A stretch of 64,000 nucleotides of DNA from Chlorobiota bacterium (GCA_022616535.1 JAKEEM010000047.1:1563-65562); one strand, 5' to 3'; shown: positions 9,535 to 18,872, counted from the stretch's first letter. Notes: generated by a model from the sequence alone, not told the origin. A program made the numbers and translations.

Positions 9535-10701
9535 ATGGATAATATAAAAAAATTGCCGGATTCAGTAAATAAAAAGGGCGGGATAATGCTCATTTTGGGA
9601 GTAATTATTCTGCTTGTGGCATTTGTATTTGAACCACAAAGGGCGTTTTTCGATTATCTTTGGATTTATATGTTCCTCGTTAGCATTGGAGTTGGTTCGC
9701 TTGCGCTTGTGGGACTTGAATACTTAGTTGGCGCTACGTGGAGCACTCCCTTTAGAAGAATTACGGAAATCCTTGCTTCAATTACACCGGTTTTAATTAT
9801 TCTTGTAATCCCGCTGTTTTTCGGACTGCATGATTTATTCCACTGGACTCATCACGAAGTCGTAGAAAGCGATAAAATTCTTCAGTCAAAATCACCTTAC
9901 CTAAATGTTGAGTTCTTTTCAATCAGAACGGCTTTCTGCCTTTTGCTCTGGCTTGTTTTCTTCTTCTTTATGACAAGGAATTCCCAAAAGCAGGATTTGG
10001 ACGGCGATGTTACTTACACAAAAAGAAATATTACTCTATCAACTGTATTTACTCCTTTTTTTGTAATTACAATTACAGTTACTGCAGTTGACTGGATGAT
10101 GAGCCTTGAGCCGCACTGGTTTTCAACAATATACGGTGTATATTATTTTGCAGGAACCGTCGTTGCATCTTTTGCTGCTACAACAATTGCTGCGGTATTA
10201 TTGAAACAAGGAGGTTATTTAGACCCGAGAATTAAAAATGACAGCTTCTACAGTCTGGGCACTATGATGTTTGGCTTTAACGTGTTCTGGGCTTACATAG
10301 GTTTCTCGCAGTATCTGTTAATCTGGTATGCGGATTTGCCTGAGGAAACCTTCTGGCTTATTCACCGCTGGGAAGGAAGCTGGAAGTTTGTTTCAATAGC
10401 TTTGCTATTTGTTCACTTTATAATTCCGTTTTTAGTTCTTGTCGGAAGGAGGGCAAAAACAAACATCGGCTTGCTTAAGATAATGGCTCCCTGGATGCTT
10501 TTTGCCCACGCGCTTGATTTATACTGGCTGATTTTCCCGACATATTTTAAAGAGGGTGCTGGATTCAGCTGGCCTGAGCTTAGCTTTCCGTTAATTGTAA
10601 TCGGCTTGACTATGATTTTATTCAAGGTACTTTCAGACAAGAAAAATCTGATACCCGTCAAAGACCCGAAGCTTCAGGCGGGACTGGAGTTTCATTTATA
10701 G
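9535..10701 (+). CDS. actF: ACIII subunit ActF (second NrfD-like membrane subunit)
   Basis: 388-aa polytopic membrane protein directly after actDE, in the position expected for actF. Confidence 0.8.
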   Translation: MDNIKKLPDSVNKKGGIMLILGVIILLVAFVFEPQRAFFDYLWIYMFLVSIGVGSLALVGLEYLVGATWSTPFRRITEILASITPVLIILVIPLFFGLHDLFHWTHHEVVESDKILQSKSPYLNVEFFSIRTAFCLLLWLVFFFFMTRNSQKQDLDGDVTYTKRNITLSTVFTPFFVITITVTAVDWMMSLEPHWFSTIYGVYYFAGTVVASFAATTIAAVLLKQGGYLDPRIKNDSFYSLGTMMFGFNVFWAYIGFSQYLLIWYADLPEETFWLIHRWEGSWKFVSIALLFVHFIIPFLVLVGRRAKTNIGLLKIMAPWMLFAHALDLYWLIFPTYFKEGAGFSWPELSFPLIVIGLTMILFKVLSDKKNLIPVKDPKLQAGLEFHL

Positions 10702-10712
10702 TTATCTGATTA

Positions 10713-11624
10713 ATGAAGGATTATTTAAAATATTTCAGCGTCACCTATATAGTATTTATAATAATACTTATAATAATGGGTGATATTTTCGTAAGCGATT
10801 TGCCTGAGGGTGCTAAGGAGCGAATCGGCGGGCTGCCTGTTGCTGCCAAAGATACCACAGTGCCCCAGGGAGATTTGCCGATTGTCAAAGGGACGCTTTC
10901 TCCGCCTGTTGATGTGAAAAAGTACCTCGGTCCTACCCAGGATTTAATTGACAAGGGAAAAATATTATTTACAACCAACTGTGTAAGCTGCCACGGAAAT
11001 GAGGGCAAGGGCGACGGCGTTGCAGGTGTAAATCTAAACCCAAAGCCCAGAAATTTTCAAGATATGAACGGCTGGACTAACGGTCCTGCCATAACGATGA
11101 TGTATAAGACGCTTCATGAAGGCATTACAAACAGGGGAATGGCAAGCTATTCCAACCTGTCGCCCGAAGACAGGCTTGACTTAATAATGTTTATCAGAAC
11201 TTTAAATCCGAACTTTCCACCGGTTACACAGGTTCAGCTGGACTCAATTGATGTGCTGTATTCGCTTGCCAAGGGCGTTAAGCAGCCAAACCAGATTCCC
11301 GTTATTATGGCAATGGATAAAATTTTGAAAGAAAGCATGCCCGTTGACGAGAAAGTAAAAAAAATTGCTAAAACAGTTGAATTGAATAAGACTGATTCGG
11401 GAGCAGTTCTTTTTAAAAGCATTTCAAATAATTTAAGTAAAGCATTGACTGTTTTAGCTTTAGATTCTTCTTGGATTAATAATGAAAAATCACTTGTTAG
11501 TATTATTGATAACAATCCAGTTCAAAATGGTTTTAAGGCAAGAGCGTCATATATGCTGACACAAAAAGAGCTTTCGGCGATCCATGCGTTTTTAAAAAAT
11601 TTATTTGCATCAAAAGGAATTTAA
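10713..11624 (+). CDS. membrane-anchored monoheme class I cytochrome c with an approximately 130-aa C-terminal domain of unknown function
   Basis: N-terminal TM and a single CVSCHGNEGKGDG heme site with a downstream Met. It lies between actF and SCO1. Confidence 0.75.
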   Translation: MKDYLKYFSVTYIVFIIILIIMGDIFVSDLPEGAKERIGGLPVAAKDTTVPQGDLPIVKGTLSPPVDVKKYLGPTQDLIDKGKILFTTNCVSCHGNEGKGDGVAGVNLNPKPRNFQDMNGWTNGPAITMMYKTLHEGITNRGMASYSNLSPEDRLDLIMFIRTLNPNFPPVTQVQLDSIDVLYSLAKGVKQPNQIPVIMAMDKILKESMPVDEKVKKIAKTVELNKTDSGAVLFKSISNNLSKALTVLALDSSWINNEKSLVSIIDNNPVQNGFKARASYMLTQKELSAIHAFLKNLFASKGI

Positions 11625-11627
11625 ATT

Positions 11628-12443
11628 ATGCGTAATATAAAAAAAATATTGCCAGTCCTTCTTTTAACACTTTTCAGTGCTTCTGTTTATTCAGATGAGC
11701 CAAATCCACAGGTAGGTATTGATGAACAGCTCGGTGCTGAAATACCTTTAGAGCTTACATTTATAAATGAATACGGCAAGCCTGTTACTTTAAGAAGTCT
11801 TTTTACAAAGCCAACAGTTCTGACTTTAGTATATTACAAGTGCCCCGGAATTTGCAGTCCTTTGTTAACAGGCGTTGCTGATGTTATTGACAAAATGGAT
11901 TTAGAGCCGGGCAGAGATTTTAATGTTGTAACGATAAGCTTTAATCCGAGAGAAGATTATATCATGGCTTCGGACAAGAAAAAAAATTACACAGATAATA
12001 TGAAGAAGGAAATTCCCGCCGCAAGCTGGCAGTTTTTAACAGGGGACAGCCTAAACATTACAAAAATTACCGATGCAGTTGGATTCCGTTACCAGCCACA
12101 GGGAGAGGATTTTATGCACGGGGCGGTTATCACCGTTCTTTCACAGGATGGGAAGATAGCACGCTACCTATACGGCACGGATTTCCTTCCGCTGGATGTT
12201 AAGCTTGCATTGACAGAAGCAGCAGAAGGAAAATCCACACCCGCAATAAACAAGCTGCTTAAGCTGTGCTACAGCTATGACCCCGAGGGGAGAAAATATG
12301 TTTTAAATATAACTAGAATTATAGGCGGGGGCATGATTTTAATTATTGCAGGGTTTGTTTTAATTTTAACTTTGAAAAAGAAAAAATCTATTCACAATAA
12401 TTTACCCGCCCAAAACGGGAGAGGAACTATAAGCCATGACTGA
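11628..12443 (+). CDS. SCO1/SenC copper chaperone
   Basis: Signal or anchor segment, thioredoxin-like CxxxC motif (YYKCPGICSP), and a C-terminal TM. Overlaps coxI by 8 nt. Confidence 0.85.
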   Translation: MRNIKKILPVLLLTLFSASVYSDEPNPQVGIDEQLGAEIPLELTFINEYGKPVTLRSLFTKPTVLTLVYYKCPGICSPLLTGVADVIDKMDLEPGRDFNVVTISFNPREDYIMASDKKKNYTDNMKKEIPAASWQFLTGDSLNITKITDAVGFRYQPQGEDFMHGAVITVLSQDGKIARYLYGTDFLPLDVKLALTEAAEGKSTPAINKLLKLCYSYDPEGRKYVLNITRIIGGGMILIIAGFVLILTLKKKKSIHNNLPAQNGRGTISHD

Positions 12444-14127
12444 TACATTAGCAGCTCATGAGGGAAGCTATTTAGAATACGAGGGCAGGCATAAGGGAAT
12501 CCTCGGCTGGGTTCTTTCAACCGACCATAAAAGAATCGGGTTGCTTTACCTGTCTGCAATCATGGTCTTCTTCTTTGTGGCAATGACGCTTGGCGTTATG
12601 ATGAGACTCGAGATGCTGACGCCGGGTGAAACTATTATGAAGCCGCAGACATATAACTCCATTTTTACGCTGCACGGAGTTATTATGGTTTTCTTATTCA
12701 TAATTCCGGCAATTCCGGCTGTTTTTGGCAATTTTATAATGCCAATCCAAATCGGCGCAAAAGACGTTGCCTTCCCGCGCCTTAACCTGTTTTCATGGTA
12801 TCTTTATATGACTGGCGCAACTCTGGCGATAATCTCTTTATTTACAGGCGGCGGAGCTGCAGATACAGGATGGACTTTTTACGTCCCATACAGCATCCGC
12901 TCGGCTCAAAACGTCTCTTTCACAACACTTGCGGCATTCGTACTGGGATTTTCAACAATCGTTACAGGATTAAATTTCATTGTGACAATTCACCGTATGC
13001 GTGCGCCGGGAATGACCTGGTTTCGTATGCCGCTTTTTGCATGGGGTTTGTATGCAACAAGCTGGATACAGGTTCTTGCCACACCTGTGATTGGCATTAC
13101 GCTGTTTTTAATTATTCTTGAAAGGCTGCTCGGAGTCGGAGTGTTTGACCCTGCACTCGGGGGCGACCCGATTTTATACCAGCATATGTTCTGGATTTAT
13201 TCCCATCCAGCGGTATATATTATGATTTTGCCCGCGATGGGTGTTGTTTCCGAGATTTTGCCCACGTTCGCTCGCAAGGATATATTCGGCTATAAGCAGA
13301 TTGCAATCTCATCGCTCGGCATTGCACTGATTGGCTACCTCGTATGGGGGCATCATATGTTTGTAAGCGGGATGAGCGATACGGCAAGAATAGTTTTCTC
13401 GCTCTTAACATTTCTTGTGGCAATACCAACAGGAGTAAAGATTTTTAATTGGGTGGCAACGCTTTATAAGGGCTCGATTAAGTTCAGCGCTCCGCTTTAT
13501 TATGTTTTAGCGTTTATATTTATTTTCTCAATCGGCGGTTTAACGGGGCTTGTTTTAGGAGCGCTTGCCACCGATATCCACGTTACCGATACTTATTTTG
13601 TCGTTGCTCATTTTCATTATGTAATGTTCGGCGGCATGGGCATTATGTTCTTTGCAACCATGCATTTCTGGTTTCCGAAGATGTTCGGTAAAATGTATAA
13701 TGAAAAAATTGCCGTGATTGCATGCACTATTATTATCGTGGGCTTTAACATTCTTTATTTCCCGATGTTTATTATGGGATATATGGGAATGCCGAGAAGA
13801 TATTATGACTATCTGCCCCATTTGCAGGGCTGGCACATACTATCGACGGTCGGCTCGTGGATTTTAGTTGCCGGAATTGTATTTATGTTCGGAAATCTGC
13901 TCTACGCTCTGCTCAAAGGGCCGAAAGCTGCACGCAATCCCTGGGGCGGAACAACGCTTGAATGGAGAGTTTCATCGCCTCCGACGGTCGAAAACTTCGA
14001 TGAAATTCCCGTTGTTACCGGCGGGCCGTATGTGCATGATAAGCCGACTTATATTATGCAACCGAGCAAAGAGCTTGTTCATGAAAACGGAGATAAACTT
14101 AAAGGGGAGACACTAAAAGCACATTGA
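12436..14127 (+). CDS. ctaD: heme-copper (aa3-type) cytochrome c oxidase subunit I
   Basis: 563 aa with 12 or more TM helices and diagnostic motifs MFWIYSHPAVYIMILP and WGHHMFVSG. Confidence 0.95.
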   Translation: MTDTLAAHEGSYLEYEGRHKGILGWVLSTDHKRIGLLYLSAIMVFFFVAMTLGVMMRLEMLTPGETIMKPQTYNSIFTLHGVIMVFLFIIPAIPAVFGNFIMPIQIGAKDVAFPRLNLFSWYLYMTGATLAIISLFTGGGAADTGWTFYVPYSIRSAQNVSFTTLAAFVLGFSTIVTGLNFIVTIHRMRAPGMTWFRMPLFAWGLYATSWIQVLATPVIGITLFLIILERLLGVGVFDPALGGDPILYQHMFWIYSHPAVYIMILPAMGVVSEILPTFARKDIFGYKQIAISSLGIALIGYLVWGHHMFVSGMSDTARIVFSLLTFLVAIPTGVKIFNWVATLYKGSIKFSAPLYYVLAFIFIFSIGGLTGLVLGALATDIHVTDTYFVVAHFHYVMFGGMGIMFFATMHFWFPKMFGKMYNEKIAVIACTIIIVGFNILYFPMFIMGYMGMPRRYYDYLPHLQGWHILSTVGSWILVAGIVFMFGNLLYALLKGPKAARNPWGGTTLEWRVSSPPTVENFDEIPVVTGGPYVHDKPTYIMQPSKELVHENGDKLKGETLKAH

Positions 14128-14780
14128 TAGAACACACAGAAGCGTTAGAACATACCGCAACAGCTGAACATTCGCACGCAGCCGCTCACGTACATCGCGA
14201 CGATGAGGGCTCTAAGATGGGGATGTGGCTGTTTTTATTTACCGAGCTATTGCTATTCGGCGGAATGTTCCTCTTATACGGAGGATATAGATTTGCTTAC
14301 GCAGACGGCTTTAAGGTTGCTGCTGCCGATATGAATACTTTTATCGGGGCGATTAACACTATTTTGCTGTTAACCAGCAGTCTTTCCGTGGCACTTTCAA
14401 TAGCGGCGTTGCAGCAGAATCAGAAAAAGCTGTGTCTGTCACTTTTATGGTTTACACTGCTTTGCGGACTCGCGTTTCTCGTCAACAAGTATTTTGAATG
14501 GTCGCACGAAATACACAACGGCATTTATCCCGGCGGTCCCGCGCTTGAAAATATGTCCAACGGTGAAATACTTTACTTTGGCTTGTATTATGTTATGACA
14601 GGCTTGCACGGGCTGCATGTTGTTGTCGGTATGATTTTTATAGGCTTTGTTATGGTATTTATTGCAAGGGATAAGATAACAAGCATAAACTTCCAGAAGC
14701 TTGAAAACGCGGGCTTATACTGGCATCTTGTCGATGTTATCTGGATATTCTTATTCCCGCTGTTTTATTTATTGCATTAA
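14124..14780 (+). CDS. ctaE: cytochrome c oxidase subunit III
   Basis: 218-aa hydrophobic protein with a TTG start overlapping the coxI stop by 4 nt. Subunit III-like C-terminus (YWHLVDVIWIFLFPLFYL). Confidence 0.85.
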   Translation: MIEHTEALEHTATAEHSHAAAHVHRDDEGSKMGMWLFLFTELLLFGGMFLLYGGYRFAYADGFKVAAADMNTFIGAINTILLLTSSLSVALSIAALQQNQKKLCLSLLWFTLLCGLAFLVNKYFEWSHEIHNGIYPGGPALENMSNGEILYFGLYYVMTGLHGLHVVVGMIFIGFVMVFIARDKITSINFQKLENAGLYWHLVDVIWIFLFPLFYLLH

Positions 14781-14798
14781 TAATATTTGGATTAGTAT

Positions 14799-15113
14799 AT
14801 GGAACAAACACACGAATCCCGAGCATTCGGGACGGAAAATCACTCGCACACGGTCGGATACGGCACATACATTATGGTATGGCTGGGGCTGGTTGCCTTA
14901 ACAGCAATTACAGTTACTGTTGCCGGAATGCACCTTGGCAGCTTAACACTTTTAGCGGCGTTAACCATTGCATGCATTAAAACCTCGCTTGTTGCTTATT
15001 ACTTTATGCATGTTAAGTTCGATAATATGGTTATTAAGGTATTTATTGCAGTATGCCTTTTAATTTTTCTAACATTCTGGATTTTAACATTCAGTGATTT
15101 ATCATTTAGATAA
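14799..15113 (+). CDS. ctaF: prokaryotic cytochrome c oxidase subunit IV family protein
   Basis: 104 aa with three TM helices. The N-terminus HSHTVGYGTYIMVWLGLVALTAITV is typical of the COX4_pro family as I recall it. Confidence 0.65.
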   Translation: MEQTHESRAFGTENHSHTVGYGTYIMVWLGLVALTAITVTVAGMHLGSLTLLAALTIACIKTSLVAYYFMHVKFDNMVIKVFIAVCLLIFLTFWILTFSDLSFR

Positions 15114-15130
15114 TATTTGCAAGCTAATAT

Positions 15131-15883
15131 ATGAACCCGGTAGTTGAAGTAGTAGATAATTCTTTTATATTCATAGTTGCAATTTCGGTGCTCCTTTTGG
15201 TCGGAATCACCATTGCTATGATTTATTTTGTATTCCGCTACAGCGAAAAAAACAATCCCAAGCCGGACCAATCGATAACAGGCAATACTACGCTTGAAGT
15301 AGTTTGGACAGTAATTCCATTACTTCTGGTTATGGCAATGTTTTTCTACGGTTACATTGGATTTAGGGATATCAGAAATATTCCTCCCGATGCGATGGTG
15401 GTTAAAGTAACCGGCAGAATGTGGGTGTGGAGCTTTGAATATGAAAATAAAAAGAAAAGCGATACTCTGCTGTATCTTCCCGTTGGAAGAAATGTGAAGT
15501 TTGAGCTTTCATCAGCTGATGTTGTTCACAGCTTTTACGTCCCCGCTTTCAGGGTAAAAGAGGACTGCGTTCCAAACCGAACAAACTATATGTGGTTTCA
15601 TACATCACAGGAAGGAACTTACGATGTATTCTGCGCCGAATACTGCGGTATGAACCATTCATACATGCTTGGTAAGGTCATCGTGATTACCGAAAAGGAA
15701 TTTTTGGAGTGGGTTAGGGTGCCCGATACACTCAAAACCGATACGCTTAAAACCACTACAACAAGTGTGGTTGCTCCAATGACGGGCGAAGTTAAAGCAG
15801 ATACTTCAAAAACTGCAGGCGACAAGAAGGATACAATAAAAACAAATACTAAAGATACATTGCTAAGAAGAGAAAATAAATAA
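15131..15883 (+). CDS. ctaC: cytochrome c oxidase subunit II (CuA domain, no fused cytochrome c) with a Thr/Lys-rich low-complexity tail
   Basis: Two N-terminal TM helices. CuA ligands are VHSF and CAEYCGMNHSYM. The C-terminal approximately 55 aa contains DTLKTDTLKTTTT...KDTIKTNTKDTLL. Confidence 0.9.
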   Translation: MNPVVEVVDNSFIFIVAISVLLLVGITIAMIYFVFRYSEKNNPKPDQSITGNTTLEVVWTVIPLLLVMAMFFYGYIGFRDIRNIPPDAMVVKVTGRMWVWSFEYENKKKSDTLLYLPVGRNVKFELSSADVVHSFYVPAFRVKEDCVPNRTNYMWFHTSQEGTYDVFCAEYCGMNHSYMLGKVIVITEKEFLEWVRVPDTLKTDTLKTTTTSVVAPMTGEVKADTSKTAGDKKDTIKTNTKDTLLRRENK

Positions 15884-15907
15884 GAAGAGAGCAAAAATAA
15901 ATTTATA

Positions 15908-16837
15908 TTGAAGTCAGTTAATACAAACACAAATGTAATTGCAGGGGCGGGTGATGTCTCGCACGGCATTGGGGAGGGTATGAAAATTTTCTCCGAGCTT
16001 ATAAAATTCAGAATCACCGCGATGGTTTCATTTACAACGGGACTGGGTTATATTCTCGCCGCTGATGAAATTACTTTTGCGCCGTTTTATGTAATTGCAG
16101 GAATATTTCTCCTCGCCTGCGCATCATCTGCGCTTAACCACTGGCAGGAAAGAGATACCGACGCTTTAATGGACAGAACCAAATACAGACCTATTCCCTC
16201 CGGCAGGATTGAGGCAGGCTCGGCTTTATATGCTGCGTTCGGACTCCTTCTCAGCGGTTCAGCTCTTTTGCTTTTAACAACAAACTTTATGGCTTTTGCT
16301 ATCGGAATATTTACATTTTTCTGGTATAACGGAGTCTATACCCCCCTCAAACGCAAAACAGCATTTGCAATTATTCCCGGTGCACTCGTTGGCTCACTTC
16401 CGCCTCTTGCCGGCTGGGCTTCAGCAGGAGGAAATATTTCCGATATCAGAATTATAATAATAGCGTTTTACTTTTTCATTTGGCAGATTCCCCATTTCTG
16501 GCTTCTTTTAATGCTTTACGGAAGTGATTATGAAAAAGGAGGATTTCCCACTTTAAACGATGTTTTTGAAAAACAGCAGTTGAAAAGAATCACTTTTATG
16601 TGGCTTATTGGAAATGTTTTAGCAGCTATGATGATTCCGCTGTTTTTAAACATTAACTATACTTTGAGCTTATATCTTCTTATTTTGATTTCTGTGTGGA
16701 TGGCTTTTGTTTCGCTTAAGTTTTTCCGCTCCGATGACGAAAGGAATAAAATCAGAAATACATTTGTTGCAATTAATTTCTACACACTGTTATTAATTAC
16801 GCTGCTCTCATTCGATAAATTAATTAAGGTATTTTAA
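15908..16837 (+). CDS. ctaB: protoheme IX farnesyltransferase (heme O synthase)
   Basis: UbiA-family polytopic protein (ALNHWQERDTDALMDRT, YTPLKR). The track starts at TTG 15908; an alternative ATG start is at 15980. Confidence 0.9.
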   Translation: MKSVNTNTNVIAGAGDVSHGIGEGMKIFSELIKFRITAMVSFTTGLGYILAADEITFAPFYVIAGIFLLACASSALNHWQERDTDALMDRTKYRPIPSGRIEAGSALYAAFGLLLSGSALLLLTTNFMAFAIGIFTFFWYNGVYTPLKRKTAFAIIPGALVGSLPPLAGWASAGGNISDIRIIIIAFYFFIWQIPHFWLLLMLYGSDYEKGGFPTLNDVFEKQQLKRITFMWLIGNVLAAMMIPLFLNINYTLSLYLLILISVWMAFVSLKFFRSDDERNKIRNTFVAINFYTLLLITLLSFDKLIKVF

Positions 16838-18198
16838 TGGAATTTTTTGACAGCTTTGTAATACCGCCGTCCGAAAATCATGTAATGCTTCTTAAGTATA
16901 TACTTACCATTACGCTTATGCTTTTTATTCCCTACGTTGGAATGATGCTCGGCGCGTCATTTATTTCCACCTACTTCAATAAAAAAGGCAGACTTGAGGG
17001 AAATAAGATTTATTCAAGGTTTGCCAAAGATGTAATTGAAAAACTAACCATAACCAACAGCGCTGAGTTTGCACTCGGGACAATTCCCGTTCTTTCCGCC
17101 CTGTTTGCCTATGCCCAGCTTTTATACGGCGCTAAGACCATTGCAATCGGCATAATGGCTTTTTCGGCTGTAATATTTATAATGGCGTTTACATTTATTT
17201 ATAAATACAGAAATACATTTAAAATTGAAAGCGTCCTTAATGCGTACCGAAGGCTTGCAAGCCCTGAAATGCTGAAAACCGATGATAAAGGTGTAAAGGA
17301 AATCGAAACATTCGAGGAAAATGTTGTAAGCACAAACTCAATTTCAGGAACTGTCGGCAAATACCTTCTGCTTACGGCTGCATATTTATTTGGGGGTTCT
17401 GCTGCCCTTGCATCAAGTCCCGATAAATGGGAGCATGTTGGCAACATTTTGCAGGTTATATTTTCGTGGCAGTCGCTCTTCAGCTTTTTATCGATGCTGT
17501 CCATAGGCGGAATAATAACAGGCGCAGCTATTATATTTTACTTCTTCAACTGGCAGGGCGGCTTAAAGGATATGAATGATGGATATGCCGCTTTTGTCAA
17601 AAAATTTGCAGGAGGCTTAACCCTTATTTCCGGAGTATCTTTTCCGCTGATGCTTTTAATCAGCTACCTTTATCTTCCTGCAATTGCACAATCACCGGAG
17701 GTGTTTTATTATATGCTCATAACGCTGGTTATTACTTTGATTTTATGCAACTTTGTTTACGCCATGATAAAAAATTCCGAGGTCACCTCAGGGACAGTGG
17801 TTTTTATGCTCGTTTTTCTGCTGGTTTTGTTTAATATTATTAAAGACCAGGCTGCATTCGGCAATGCTATCCATGAGCAGACGATAGAGGCAACAAAGGT
17901 TGCCGAACAGCTTGAAATCGAAGCAAGAAATAAAACGGTTCAGACCAGCGGAATTAATCCGCAGCAGATTTACGATACAAAGTGCGTGGCCTGCCACAAG
18001 TTCGACGTGAAAGTCGTAGGTCCCCCGTATGACCAGACCGTGCCGAAATATAACGGTGACGTGCAAAAGCTGGCGGAGTATATCTTCAACCCGCAGAAAA
18101 TTGACCCTAACTTCCCCCCGATGCCAAACCAGGGCTTAAAGAAAAAAGAAGCCACTGCCGTAGCGCAATGGCTTATAAGCAAAATAGGGAAGAAGTAG
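16837..18198 (+). CDS. polytopic membrane protein (about 8-10 TM) with a C-terminal c551/c552-like monoheme cytochrome c domain
   Basis: 453 aa. The C-terminal approximately 85 aa has CVACHKFDVKVVGPPY...FPPMPNQ, resembling Pseudomonas-type cytochrome c551. The N-terminal domain is His-poor, so it is not CtaA-like. Last gene of the cluster, with a 1-nt overlap with ctaB. Confidence 0.6.
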   Translation: MEFFDSFVIPPSENHVMLLKYILTITLMLFIPYVGMMLGASFISTYFNKKGRLEGNKIYSRFAKDVIEKLTITNSAEFALGTIPVLSALFAYAQLLYGAKTIAIGIMAFSAVIFIMAFTFIYKYRNTFKIESVLNAYRRLASPEMLKTDDKGVKEIETFEENVVSTNSISGTVGKYLLLTAAYLFGGSAALASSPDKWEHVGNILQVIFSWQSLFSFLSMLSIGGIITGAAIIFYFFNWQGGLKDMNDGYAAFVKKFAGGLTLISGVSFPLMLLISYLYLPAIAQSPEVFYYMLITLVITLILCNFVYAMIKNSEVTSGTVVFMLVFLLVLFNIIKDQAAFGNAIHEQTIEATKVAEQLEIEARNKTVQTSGINPQQIYDTKCVACHKFDVKVVGPPYDQTVPKYNGDVQKLAEYIFNPQKIDPNFPPMPNQGLKKKEATAVAQWLISKIGKK

Positions 18199-18211
18199 CG
18201 AGCAGGTATTT

Positions 18212-18257
18212 CTATTTTCTAACTTCATGTCCTGCTATTTTCTAACTTCATGTCCTG
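18212..18257. repeat. perfect 23-bp tandem duplication (CTATTTTCTAACTTCATGTCCTG x2)
   Basis: Read directly: 18212-18234 equals 18235-18257. It lies between the operon stop (18198) and the bfr start (18374). Confidence 0.95.
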
Positions 18258-18373
18258 AATTCTATTTAAGTGTAAAACCTTTATTTTTCATTTTTAATTG
18301 ATTTATCTCATATTATTTTAGCTTCTAAATACATAATTTTGTATGAACGCTTCAAATAAATCTTTAATCCGTT

Positions 18374-18872
18374 ATGCACGAAAAAAGCATTGAGTTATTA
18401 AACAAGGCCGTAGCTGACGAGCTTTCGGCAGTACACCAGTATATGTATTTTCATTTCCACTCAGATGACCAGGGATTTGACCTGCTTGCGGGACTTTTCA
18501 GGCGCACAGCAATTGAAGAAATGCTGCATGTTGAAAAAGCTCGCCGAAAGAATCCTTTTTCTAAAGGGCGATGTTGATATGTCACCCTCAGGGAAAGTCC
18601 AGAAGCTGACTAATGTTAAGGATATGCTTAGCTTGGCTCGGAAAATGGAAGAGGAAAGCGCGAAGGAGTACAACATCTGGGCAAATGAATGCGCTGCAAA
18701 CGCAGATGCAATATCAAAACAGCTCTTTGAGGGGCTTGTAGCCGATGAAGAAAGGCATTTTGACCAGTATGACACAGAGCTTGAAAATATTACACAGTTC
18801 GGTCCCAGTTATCTTGCGCTGCAATCCATAGAAAGAAGCAAGAACATTTCCTCTCCGCCCCAAGAGGGTTAA
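18374..18872 (+). pseudogene. bfr: bacterioferritin interrupted by a +1 frameshift in an A5 run (18534-18538)
   Basis: ORF 18374..18577 gives ...AIEEMLHVEK and then garbage. ORF 18465..18872 in the +1 frame continues LAERILFLKGDVDM...ADEERHFDQYDTELE. Deleting one A from GTTGAAAAAGCTC restores HVEKLAERILFL, which parallels the E. coli Bfr segment around ...ERILFLEG. Confidence 0.8.

Noticed and set aside
18212-18257. Whether the tandem 23-mers or any other repeats in the window form a CRISPR array
   Set aside because: There are only two abutting copies with no spacers. I saw no repeat-spacer periodicity or cas genes anywhere in the window.
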